Assembly: GCA_964057225.1 (NCBI GenBank)
Contig: CAXKVF010000074.1
Coordinates: 620,001 to 684,000, forward strand
Reading direction: 5' to 3'
DNA from: Auanema rhodensis
Taxonomy: Eukaryota > Animalia > Nematoda
DNA length: 64,000 nt
The position numbers and the translations under genes were made by a program. A model generated the notes under the pieces. It searched no databases. It was given only the letters and a program-made list of their open reading frames with translations, and had not been told where the DNA came from. This document shows, piece by piece, positions 1 to 13,200 of the stretch; the stretch's first letter is position 1, and each line of letters begins with the position of its first letter.

Positions 1-176
1 ACTTTGAAATTTACGTGAACTTTAATTTATGCTAATTAAATGTACACGTGATGTGCACTTGGTATGTAACTCGCTTCACGTGAAAGATAAAGAGATGCGG
101 TTTTCAAAATTAGATTGCCCATGTCCATATTAGTCTAAAAACAAATTTTAATTGATATTGGTTCATGGTAACCATG
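1..176 (+). repeat. Representative satellite monomer (arbitrary phase; this copy carries G117, A150, T163)
   Basis: First full period. The consensus has 57 G+C in 176 bp, CACGTG at 45 and 77, TGTACA at 41, GTGCAC at 53 and GGTAACC at 167. Confidence 0.98.
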
Positions 177-2904
177 ACTTTGAAATTTACGTGAACTTTA
201 ATTTATGCTAATTAAATGTACACGTGATGTGCACTTGGTATGTAACTCGCTTCACGTGAAAGATAAAGAGATGCGGTTTTCAAAATTAGATTCCCCATGT
301 CCATATTAGTCTAAAAACAAATTTTTATTGATATTGGTGCATGGTAACCATGACTTTGAAATTTACGTGAACTTTAATTTATGCTAATTAAATGTACACG
401 TGATGTGCACTTGGTATGTAACTCGCTTCACGTGAAAGATGAAGAGATGCGGTTTTCAAAATTAGATTCCCCATGTCCATATTAGTCTAAAAACAAATTT
501 TTATTGATATTGGTGCATGGTAACCATGACTTTGAAATTTTCGTGAACTTTAATTTATGCTAATTAAATGTACACGTGATGTGCACTTGGTATGTAACTC
601 GCTTCACGTGAAAGATAAAGAGATGCGGTTTTCAAAATTAGATTCCCCATGTCCATATTAGTCTAAAAACAAATTTTTATTGATATTGGTGCATGGTAAC
701 CATGACTTTGAAATTTACGTGAACTTTAATTTATGCTAATTAAATGTACACGTGATGTGCACTTGGTATGTAACTTGCTTCACGTGAAAGATAAAGAGAT
801 GCGGTTTTCAAAATTAGATTCCCCATGTCCATATTAGTCTAAAAACAAATTTTTATTGATATTGGTGCATGGTAACCATGACTTTGAAATTTACGTGAAC
901 TTTAATTTATGCTAATTAAATGTACACTTGATGTGCACTTGGTATGTAACTCGCTTCACGTGAAAGATGAAGAGATGCGGTTTTCAAAATTAGATTCCCC
1001 ATGTCCATATTAGTCTAAAAACAAATTTTTATTGATATTGGTGCATGGTAACCATGACTTTGAAATTTACGTGAGCTTTAATTTATGCTAATTAAATGTG
1101 CACGTGATGTGCACTTGGTATGTAACTCGCTTCACGTGAAAGATAAAGAGATGCGGTTTTCAAAATTAGATTCCCCATGTCCATATTAGTCTAAAAACAA
1201 ATTTTTATTGATATTGGTGCATGGTAACCATGACTTTGAAATTTACGTGAACTTTAATTTATGCTAATTAAATGTACACGTGATGTGCACTTGGTATGTA
1301 ACTCGCTTCACGTGAAAGATGAAGAGATGCGGTTTTCAAAGTTAGATTCCCCATGTCCATATTAGTCTAAAAACAAATTTTTATTGATATTGGTGCATGG
1401 TAACCATGACTTTGAAATTTACGTGAACTTTAATTTATGCTAATTAAATGTACACGTGATGTGCACTTGGTATGTAACTCGCTTCACGTGAAAGATAAAG
1501 AGATGCGGTTTTCAAAATTAGATTCCCCATGTCCATATTAGTCAAAAAACAAATTTTTATTGATATTGGTGCATGGTAACCATGACTTTGAAATTTACGT
1601 GAACTTTAATTTATGCTAATTAAATGTACACGTGATGTGCACTTGGTATGTAACTCGCTTCACGTGAAAGATAAAGAGATGCGGTTTTCAAAATTAGATT
1701 GCCCATGTCCATATTAGTCTAAAAACAAATTTTAATTGATATTGGTTCATGGTAACCATGACTTTGAAATTTACGTGAACTTTAATTTATGCTAATTAAA
1801 TGTACACGTGATGTGCACTTGGTATGTAACTCGCTTCACGTGAAAGATAAAGAGATGCGGTTTTCAAAATTAGATTCCCCATGTCCATATTAGTCTAAAA
1901 ACAAATTTTTATTGATATTGGTGCATGGTAACCATGACTTTGAAATTTACGTGAACTTTAATTTATGCTAATTAAATGTACACGTGATGTGCACTTGGTA
2001 TGTAACTCGCTTCACGTGAAAGATGAAGAGATGCGGTTTTCAAAATTAGATTCCCCATGTCCATATTAGTCTAAAAACAAATTTTTATTGATATTGGTGC
2101 ATGGTAACCATGACTTTGAAATTTTCGTGAACTTTAATTTATGCTAATTAAATGTACACGTGATGTGCACTTGGTATGTAACTCGCTTCACGTGAAAGAT
2201 AAAGAGATGCGGTTTTCAAAATTAGATTCCCCATGTCCATATTAGTCTAAAAACAAATTTTTATTGATATTGGTGCATGGTAACCATGACTTTGAAATTT
2301 ACGTGAACTTTAATTTATGCTAATTAAATGTACACGTGATGTGCACTTGGTATGTAACTTGCTTCACGTGAAAGATAAAGAGATGCGGTTTTCAAAATTA
2401 GATTCCCCATGTCCATATTAGTCTAAAAACAAATTTTTATTGATATTGGTGCATGGTAACCATGACTTTGAAATTTACGTGAACTTTAATTTATGCTAAT
2501 TAAATGTACACTTGATGTGCACTTGGTATGTAACTCGCTTCACGTGAAAGATGAAGAGATGCGGTTTTCAAAATTAGATTCCCCATGTCCATATTAGTCT
2601 AAAAACAAATTTTTATTGATATTGGTGCATGGTAACCATGACTTTGAAATTTACGTGAGCTTTAATTTATGCTAATTAAATGTGCACGTGATGTGCACTT
2701 GGTATGTAACTCGCTTCACGTGAAAGATAAAGAGATGCGGTTTTCAAAATTAGATTCCCCATGTCCATATTAGTCTAAAAACAAATTTTTATTGATATTG
2801 GTGCATGGTAACCATGACTTTGAAATTTACGTGAACTTTAATTTATGCTAATTAAATGTACACGTGATGTGCACTTGGTATGTAACTCGCTTCACGTGAA
2901 AGAT
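1..2904. repeat. Higher-order duplication, 9-monomer (1584 bp) offset
   Basis: The ordered variant series (G117+A150+T163; consensus; G89; T13; T72; T48+G89; G19+G44) at 1-1232 is repeated exactly at 1585-2816. Confidence 0.93.
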
Positions 2905-4440
2905 AAAGAGATGCGGTTTTTAAAATTAGATTCCCCATGTCCATATTAGTCTAAAAACAAATTTTTATTGATATTGGTTCATGGTAACCATGACTTTGAA
3001 ATTTACGTGAACTTTAATTTATGCTAATTAAATGTACACGTGATGTGCACTTGGTATGTAACTCGCTTCACGTGAAAGATAAAGAGATGCGGTTTTCAAA
3101 ATAAGATTCCCCATGTCCATATTAGTCTAAAAACAAATTTTTATTGATATTGCTTCATGGTAACCATGACTTTGAAATTTACGTGAACTTTAATTTATGC
3201 TAATTAAATGTACACGTGATGTGCACTTGGTATGTAACTCGCTTCACGTGAAAGATAAAGAGATGCGGTTTTCAAAATTAGATTCCCCATGTCCATATTA
3301 GTCTAAAAACAAATTTTTATTGATATTGGTGCATGGTAACCATGACTTTGAAATTTACGTGAACTTTAATTTATGCTAATTAAATGTACACGTGATGTGC
3401 ACTTGGTATGTAACTCGCTTCACGTGAAAGATAAAGAGATGCGGTTTTCAAAATTAGATTCCCCATGTCCATATTAGTCTAAAAACAAATTTTTATTGAT
3501 ATTGGTGCATGGTAACCATGACTTTGAAATTTACGTGAACTTTAATTTATGCTAATTAAATTTAGACGTGATGTGCACTTGGTATGTAACTCGCTTCACG
3601 TGAAAGATGAAGAGATGCGGTTTTCAAAATTAGATTCCCCATGTCCATATTAGTCTAAAAACAAATTTTTATTGATATTGGTGCATGGTAACCATGACTT
3701 TGAAATTTACGTGAACTTTAATTTATGCTAATTAAATGTACACGTGATGTGCACTTGGTATGTAACTCGCTTCACGTGAAAGATAAAGAGATGCGGTTTT
3801 TAAAATTAGATTCCCCATGTCCATATTAGTCTAAAAACAAATTTTTATTGATATTGGTTCATGGTAACCATGACTTTGAAATTTACGTGAACTTTAATTT
3901 ATGCTAATTAAATGTACACGTGATGTGCACTTGGTATGTAACTCGCTTCACGTGAAAGATAAAGAGATGCGGTTTTCAAAATAAGATTCCCCATGTCCAT
4001 ATTAGTCTAAAAACAAATTTTTATTGATATTGCTTCATGGTAACCATGACTTTGAAATTTACGTGAACTTTAATTTATGCTAATTAAATGTACACGTGAT
4101 GTGCACTTGGTATGTAACTCGCTTCACGTGAAAGATAAAGAGATGCGGTTTTCAAAATTAGATTCCCCATGTCCATATTAGTCTAAAAACAAATTTTTAT
4201 TGATATTGGTGCATGGTAACCATGACTTTGAAATTTACGTGAACTTTAATTTATGCTAATTAAATGTACACGTGATGTGCACTTGGTATGTAACTCGCTT
4301 CACGTGAAAGATAAAGAGATGCGGTTTTCAAAATTAGATTCCCCATGTCCATATTAGTCTAAAAACAAATTTTTATTGATATTGGTGCATGGTAACCATG
4401 ACTTTGAAATTTACGTGAACTTTAATTTATGCTAATTAAA
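2817..4440. repeat. Higher-order duplication, 5-monomer (880 bp) offset
   Basis: A T105+T163 monomer followed by an ATAAGATT+C161 monomer occurs at 2817/2993 and again at 3697/3873. Confidence 0.9.
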
Positions 4441-7400
4441 TGTACACGTGATGTGCACTTGGTATGTAACTCGCTTCACGTGAAAGATGAAGAGATGCGG
4501 TTTTCAAAATTAGATTCCCCATGTCCATATTAGTCTAAAAACAAATTTTTATTGATATTGGTTCATGGTAACCATGACTTTGAAATTTACGTGAACTTTA
4601 ATTTATGCTAATTAAATGTACACGTGATGTGCACTTGGTATGTAACTCGCTTCACGTGAAAGATGAAGAAATGCGGTTTTCAAAATTAGATTCCCCATGT
4701 CCATGTTAGTCTAAAAACAAATTTTTATTGATATTGGTGCATGGTAACCATGACTTTGAAATTTTCGTGAACTTTAATTTATGCTAATTAAATTTAGACG
4801 TGATGTGCACTTGGTATGTAACTCGCTTCACGTGAAAGATAAAGAGATGCGGTTTTCAAAATTAGATTCCCCATGTCCATATTAGTCTAAAAACAAATTT
4901 TTATTGATATTGGTGCATGGTAACCATGACTTTGAAATTTACGTGAACTTTAATTTATGCTAATTAAATGTACACGTGATGTGCACTTGGTATGTAACTC
5001 GCTTCACGTGAAAGATTAAGAGATGCGGTTTTCAAAATTAGATTCCTCATGTCCATATTAGTCTAAAAACAAATTTTTATTGATATTGGTGCATGGTAAC
5101 CATGACTTTGAAATTTACGTGAACTTTAATTTATGCTAATTAAATGTACACGTGATGTGCACTTGGTATGTAACTCGCTTCACGTGAAAGATGAAGAGAT
5201 GCGGTTTTCAAAATTAGATTCCCCATGTCCATATTAGTCTAAAAACAAATTTTTATTGATATTGGTTCATGGTAACCATGACTTTGAAATTTACGTGAAC
5301 TTTAATTTATGCTAATTAAATGTACACGTGATGTGCACTTGGTATGTAACTCGCTTCACGTGAAAGATGAAGAAATGCGGTTTTCAAAATTAGATTCCCC
5401 ATGTCCATGTTAGTCTAAAAACAAATTTTTATTGATATTGGTGCATGGTAACCATGACTTTGAAATTTTCGTGAACTTTAATTTATGCTAATTAAATTTA
5501 GACGTGATGTGCACTTGGTATGTAACTCGCTTCACGTGAAAGATGAAGAGATGCGGTTTTCAAAATTAGATTCCCCATGTCCATATTAGTCTAAAAACAA
5601 ATTTTTATTGATATTGGTGCATGGTAACCATGACTTTGAAATTTACGTGAACTTTAATTTATGCTAATTAAATGTACACGTGATGTGCACTCGGTATGTA
5701 ACTCGCTTCACGTGAAAGATTAAGAGATGCGGTTTTCAAAATTAGATTCCTCATGTCCATATTAGTCTAAAAACAAATTTTTATTGATATTGGTGCATGG
5801 TAACCATGACTTTGAAATTTACGTGAACTTTAATTTATGCTAATTAAATGTACACGTGATGTGCACTTGGTATGTAACTCGCTTCACGTGAAAGATAAAG
5901 AGATGCGGTTTTCAAAATTAGATTGCCCATGTCCATATTAGTCTAAAAACAAATTTTTATTGATATTGGTTCATGGTAACCATGACTTTGAAATTTACGT
6001 GAACTTTAATTTATGCTAATTAAATGTACACGTGATGTGCACTTGGTATGTAACTCGCTTCACGTGAAAGATAAAGAGATGCGGTTTTCAAAATTAGATT
6101 GCCCATGTCCATATTAGTCTAAAAACAAATTTTAATTGATATTGGTTCATGGTAACCATGACTTTGAAATTTACGTGAACTTTAATTTATGCTAATTAAA
6201 TGTACACGTGATGTGCACTTGGTATGTAACTCGCTTCACGTGAAAGATAAAGAGATGCGGTTTTCAAAATTAGATTGCCCATGTCCATATTAGTCTAAAA
6301 ACAAATTTTAATTGATATTGGTTCATGGTAACCATGACTTTGAAATTTACGTGAACTTTAATTTATGCTAATTAAATGTACACGTGATGTGCACTTGGTA
6401 TGTAACTCGCTTCACGTGAAAGATAAAGAGATGCGGTTTTCAAAATTAGATTGCCCATGTCCATATTAGTCTAAAAACAAATTTTAATTGATATTGGTGC
6501 ATGGTAACCATGACTTTGAAATTTACGTGAACTTTAATTTATGCTAATTAAATGTACACGTGATGTGCACTTGGTATGTAACTCGCTTCACGTGAAAGAT
6601 GAAGAGATGCGGTTTTCAAAGTTAGATTCCCCATGTCCATATTAGTCTAAAAACAAATTTTTATTGATATTGGTGCATGGTAACCATGACTTTGAAATTT
6701 ACGTGAACTTTAATTTATGCTAATTAAATGTACACGTGATGTGCACTTGGTATGTAACTCGCTTCACGTGAAAGATGAAGAGATGCGGTTTTCAAAATTA
6801 GATTCCCCATGTCCATATTAGTCTAAAAACAAATTTTTATTGATATTGGTTCATGGTAACCATGACTTTGAAATTTACGTGAACTTTAATTTATGCTAAT
6901 TAAATGTACACGTGATGTGCACTTGGTATGTAACTCGCTTCACGTGAAAGATGAAGAAATGCGGTTTTCAAAATTAGATTCCCCATGTCCATGTTAGTCT
7001 AAAAACAAATTTTTATTGATATTGGTGCATGGTAACCATGACTTTGAAATTTTCGTGAACTTTAATTTATGCTAATTAAATTTAGACGTGATGTGCACTT
7101 GGTATGTAACTCGCTTCACGTGAAAGATGAAGAGATGCGGTTTTCAAAATTAGATTCCCCATGTCCATATTAGTCTAAAAACAAATTTTTATTGATATTG
7201 GTGCATGGTAACCATGACTTTGAAATTTACGTGAACTTTAATTTATGCTAATTAAATGTACACGTGATGTGCACTCGGTATGTAACTCGCTTCACGTGAA
7301 AGATTAAGAGATGCGGTTTTCAAAATTAGATTCCTCATGTCCATATTAGTCTAAAAACAAATTTTTATTGATATTGGTGCATGGTAACCATGACTTTGAA

Positions 7401-7920
7401 ATTTACGTGAACTTTAATTTATGCTAATTAAATGTACACGTGATGTGCACTTGGTATGTAACTCGCTTCACGTGAAAGATAAAGAGATGCGGTTTTCAAA
7501 ATTAGATTGCCCATGTCCATATTAGTCTAAAAACAAATTTTTATTGATATTGGTTCATGGTAACCATGACTTTGAAATTTACGTGAACTTTAATTTATGC
7601 TAATTAAATGTACACGTGATGTGCACTTGGTATGTAACTCGCTTCACGTGAAAGATAAAGAGATGCGGTTTTCAAAATTAGATTGCCCATGTCCATATTA
7701 GTCTAAAAACAAATTTTAATTGATATTGGTTCATGGTAACCATGACTTTGAAATTTACGTGAACTTTAATTTATGCTAATTAAATGTACACGTGATGTGC
7801 ACTTGGTATGTAACTCGCTTCACGTGAAAGATAAAGAGATGCGGTTTTCAAAATTAGATTGCCCATGTCCATATTAGTCTAAAAACAAATTTTAATTGAT
7901 ATTGGTTCATGGTAACCATG
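4401..7920. repeat. Nested 4-mer (704 bp) and 9-mer (1584 bp) duplications
   Basis: The G89+A94+G129 monomer occurs at 4577, 5281 and 6865. 5105-6336 is repeated at 6689-7920. Confidence 0.9.
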
Positions 7921-10208
7921 ACTTTGAAATTTACGTGAACTTTAATTTATGCTAATTAAATGTACACGTGATGTGCACTTGGTATGTAACTCGCTTCACG
8001 TGAAAGATAAAGAGATGCGGTTTTCAAAATTAGATTCCCCATGTCCATATTAGTCAAAAAACAAATTTTTATTGATATTGGTGCATGGTAACCATGACTT
8101 TGAAATTTACGTGAACTTTAATTTATGCTAATTAAATGTACACGTGATGTGCACTTGGTATGTAACTCGCTTCACGTGAAAGATAAAGAGATGCGGTTTT
8201 CAAAATTAGATTGCCCATGTCCATATTAGTCTAAAAACAAATTTTAATTGATATTGGTTCATGGTAACCATGACTTTGAAATTTACGTGAACTTTAATTT
8301 ATGCTAATTAAATGTACACGTGATGTGCACTTGGTATGTAACTCGCTTCACGTGAAAGATAAAGAGATGCGGTTTTCAAAATTAGATTGCCCATGTCCAT
8401 ATTAGTCTAAAAACAAATTTTTATTGATATTGGTGCATGGTAACCATGACTTTGAAATTTACGTGAACTTTAATTTATGCTAATTAAATGTACACGTGAT
8501 GTGCACTTGGTATGTAACTCGCTTCACGTGAAAGATAAAGAGATGCGGTTTTCAAAATTAGATTCCCCATGTCCATATTAGTCTAAAAACAAATTTTTAT
8601 TGATATTGCTTCATGGTAACCATGACTTTGAAATTTACGTGAACTTTAATTTATGCTAATTAAATGTACACGTGATGTGCACTTGGTATGTAACTCGCTT
8701 CACGTGAAAGATAAAGAGATGCGGTTTTCAAAATTAGATTCCTCATGTCCATATTAGTCTAAAAACAAATTTTTATTGATATTGGTGCATGGTAACCATG
8801 ACTTTGAAATTTACGTGAACTTTAATTTATGCTAATTAAATGTACACGTGATGTGCACTTGGTATGTAACTCGCTTCACGTGAAAGATAAAGAGATGCGG
8901 TTTTCAAAATTAGATTACCCATGTCCATATTAGTCTAAAAACAAATTTTTATTGATATTGGTTCATGGTAACCATGACTTTGAAATTTACGTGAACTTTA
9001 ATTTATGCTAATTAAATGTACACGTGATGTGCACTTGGTATGTAACTCGCTTCACGTGAAAGATAAAGAGATGCGGTTTTCAAAATTAGATCCCCCATGT
9101 CCATATTAGTCTAAAAACAAATTTTTATTGATATTGGTGCATGGTAACCATGACTTTGAAATTTACGTGAACTTTAATTTATGCTAATTAAATGTACACG
9201 TGATGTGCACTTGGTATGTAACTCGCTTCACGTGAAAGATAAAGAGATGCGGTTTTCAAAATTAGATTACCCATGTCCATATTAGTCTAAAAACAAATTT
9301 TTATTGATATTGGTTCATGGTAACCATGACTTTGAAATTTACGTGAACTTTAATTTATGCTAATTAAATGTACACGTGATGTGCACTCGGTATGTAACTC
9401 GCTTCACGTGAAAGATAAAGAGATGCGGTTTTCAAAATTAGATTCCCCATGTCCATATTAGTCTAAAAACAAATTTTTATTGATATTGGTGCATGGTAAC
9501 CATGACTTTGAATTTTACGTGAACTTTAATTTATGCTAATTAAATGTACACGTGATGTGCACTTGGTATGTAACTCGCTTCACGTGAAAGATAAAGAGAT
9601 GCGGTTTTCAAAATTAGATTCCCCATGTCCATATTAGTCTAAAAACAAATTTTTATTGATATTGCTTCATGGTAACCATGACTTTGAAATTTACGTGAAC
9701 TTTAATTTATGCTAATTAAATGTACACGTGATGTGCACTTGGTATGTAACTCGCTTCACGTGAAAGATAAAGAGATGCGGTTTTCAAAATTAGATTCCCC
9801 ATGTCCATATTAGTCTAAAAACAAATTTTTATTGATATTGGTTCATGGTAACCATGACTTTGAAATTTACGTGAACTTTAATTTATGCTAATTAAATGTA
9901 CACGTGATGTGCACTTGGTATGTAACTCGCTTCACGTGAAAGATAAAGAGATGCGGTTTTCAAAATTAGATTCCCCATGTCCATATTAGTCTAAAAACAA
10001 ATTTTTATTGATATTGGTGCATGGTAACCATGACTTTGAAATTTACGTGAACTTTAATTTATGCTAATTAAATGTACACGTGATGTGCACTTGGTATGTA
10101 ACTCGCTTCACGTGAAAGATAAAGAGATGCGGTTTTCAAAATTAGATTCCCCATGTCCATATTAGTCTAAAAACAAATTTTTATTGATATTGGTGCATGG
10201 TAACCATG

Positions 10209-13200
10209 ACTTTGAAATTTACGTGAACTTTAATTTATGCTAATTAAATGTACACGTGATGTGCACTTGGTATGTAACTTATGTAACTCGCTTCACGTGA
10301 AAGATAAAGAGATGCGGTTTTCAAAATTAGATTCCCCATGTCCATATTAGTCTAAAAACAAATTTTTATTGATATTGGTTCATGGTAACCATGACTTTGA
10401 AATTTACGTGAACTTTATTTTATGCTAATTAAATGTACACGTGATGTGCACTTGGTATGTAACTCGCTTCACGTGAAAGTTAAAGAGATGCGGTTTTCAA
10501 AATTAGATTCCCCATGTCCATATTAGTCTAAAAACAAATTTTTATTGATATTGGTGCATGGTAACCATGACTTTGAAATTTACGTGAACTTTAATTTATG
10601 CTAATTAAATGTACACGTGATGTGCACTTGGTATGTAACTCGCTTCACGTGAAAGATAAAGAGATGCGGTTTTCAAAATTAGATTCCCCATGTCCATATT
10701 AGTCTAAAAACAAATTTTTATCGATATTGGTGCATGGTAACCATGACTTTGAAATTTACGTGAACTTTAATTTATGCTAATTAAATGTACACGTGATGTG
10801 CACTTGGTATGTAACTCGCTTCACGTGAAAGATAAAGAGATGCGGTTTTCAAAATTAGATTCCCCATGTCCATATTAGTCTAAAAACAAATTTTTATTGA
10901 TATTGGTGCATGGTAACCATGACTTTGAAATTTACGTGAACTTTAATTTATGCTAATTAAATGTACACGTGATGTGCACTTGGTATGTAACTCGCTTCAC
11001 GTGAAAGATAAAGAGATGCGGTTTTCAAAATTAGATTCCCCATGTCCATATTAGTCTAAAAACAAATTTTTATTGATATTGGTGCATGGTAACCATGACT
11101 TTGAATTTTACGTGAACTTTAATTTATGCTAATTAAATGTACACGTGATGTGCACTTGGTATGTAACTCGCTTCACGTCACGTGATGTGCACTTGGTATG
11201 TAACTCATGTAACTCGCTTCACGTGAAAGATAAAGAGATGCGGTTTTCAAAATTAGATTCCCCATGTCCATATTAGTCTAAAAACAAATTTTTATTGATA
11301 TTGGTGCATGGTAACCATGACTTTGAAATTTACGTGAACTTTAATTCATGCTAATTAAATGTACACGTGATGTGCACTTGGTATGTAACTCGCTTCACGT
11401 GAAAGATAAAGAGATGCGGTTTTCAAAATTAGATTCCCCATGTCCATATTAGTCTAAAAACAAATTTTTATTGATATTGGTTCATGGTAACCATGACTTT
11501 GAAATTTACGTGAACTTTATTTTATGCTAATTAAATGTACACGTGATGTGCACTTGGTATGTAACTCGCATCACGTGAAAGTTAAAGAGATGCGGTTTTC
11601 AAAATTAGATTCCCCATGTCCATATTAGTCTAAAAACAAATTTTTATTGATATTGGTGCATGGTAACCATGACTTTGAAATTTACGTGAACTTTAATTTA
11701 TGCTAATTAAATGTACACGTGATGTGCACTTGGTATGTAACTCGCTTCACGTGAAAGATAAAGAGATGCGGTTTTCAAAATTAGATTCCCCATGTCCATA
11801 TTAGTCTAAAAACAAATTTTTATCGATATTGGTGCATGGTAACCATGACTTTGAAATTTACGTGAACTTTAATTTATGCTAATTAAATGTACACGTGATG
11901 TGCACTTGGTATGTAACTCGCTTCACGTGAAAGATAAAGAGATGCGGTTTTCAAAATTAGATTCCCCATGTCCATATTAGTCTAAAAACAAATTTTTATT
12001 GATATTGGTGCATGGTAACCATGACTTTGAAATTTACGTGAACTTTAATTTATGCTAATTAAATGTACACGTGATGTGCACTTGGTATGTAACTCGCTTC
12101 ACGTGAAAGATAAAGAGATGCGGTTTTCAGAATTAGATTCCTCATGTCCATATTAGTCTAAAAACAAATTTTTATTGATATTGGTGCATGGTAACCATGA
12201 CTTTGAATTTTACGTGAACTTTAATTTATGCTAATTAAATGTACACGTGATGTGCACTTTGTATGTAACTCGCTTCACGTGAAAGATAAAGAGATGCGGT
12301 TTTCAAAATTAGATTCCCCATGTCCATATTAGTCTAAAAACAAATTTTTATTGATATTGGTGCATGGTAACCATGACTTTGAAATTTACGTGAACTTTAA
12401 TTTATGCTAATTAAATGTACACGTGATGTGCACTTGGTATGTAACTCGCTTCACGTGAAAGATAAAGAGATGCGGTTTTCAAAATTAGATTCCCCATGTC
12501 CATATTAGTCTAAAAACAAATTTTTATCGATATTGGTGCATGGTAACCATGACTTTGAAATTTACGTGAACTTTAATTTATGCTAATTAAATGTACACGT
12601 GATGTGCACTTGGTATGTAACTCGCTTCACGTGAAAGATAAAGAGATGCGGTTTTCAAAATTAGATTCCCCATGACCATATTAGTCTAAAAACAAATTTT
12701 TATTGATATTGGTGCATGGTAACCATGACTTTGAAATTTACGTGAACTTTAATTTATGCTAATTAAATGTACACGTGATGTGCACTTGGTATGTAACTCG
12801 CTTCACGTGAAAGATAAAGAGATGCGGTTTTCAAAATTAGATTCCCCATGTCCATATTAGTCTAAAAACAAATTTTTATTGATATTGGTGCATGGTAACC
12901 ATGACTTTGAAATTTACGTGAACTTTAATTTATGCTAATTAAATGTACACGTGATGTGCACTTGGTATGTAACTTATGTAACTCGCTTCACGTGAAAGAT
13001 AAAGAGATGCGGTTTTCAAAATTAGATTCCCCATGTCCATATTAGTCTAAAAACAAATTTTTATTGATATTGGTGCATGGTAACCATGACTTTGAAATTT
13101 ACGTGAACTTTAATTTATGCTAATTAAATGTACACGTGATGTGCACTTGGTATGTAACTCGCTTCACGTGAAAGATAAAGAGATGCGGTTTTCAAAATTA

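Noticed and set aside
70-101. CENP-B box
   Set aside because: TCG and CGG are present but not in the TTCG-N4-A-N2-CGGG arrangement on either strand.
1-176. Identity with known 171-178 bp satellites (alpha satellite, Arabidopsis CEN178, Brassica CentBr, honeybee AluI)
   Set aside because: Only the length is similar. I recognise no sequence similarity from memory, and the consensus lacks the AAGCTT/AGCT sites. A database search is needed, so no species is assigned.
1-176. Tandem 5S rRNA, tRNA, snRNA or spliced-leader gene unit, or telomeric repeat
   Set aside because: No recognisable 5S or tRNA sequence, no A/B boxes or cloverleaf, and no short G-rich telomeric unit.
45-176. Budding-yeast point centromere (CDEI-CDEII-CDEIII)
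   Set aside because: A CDEI-like octamer is present, but there is no ~80-bp >90% AT CDEII and no CDEIII CCGAA core, and point centromeres are not tandemly arrayed.
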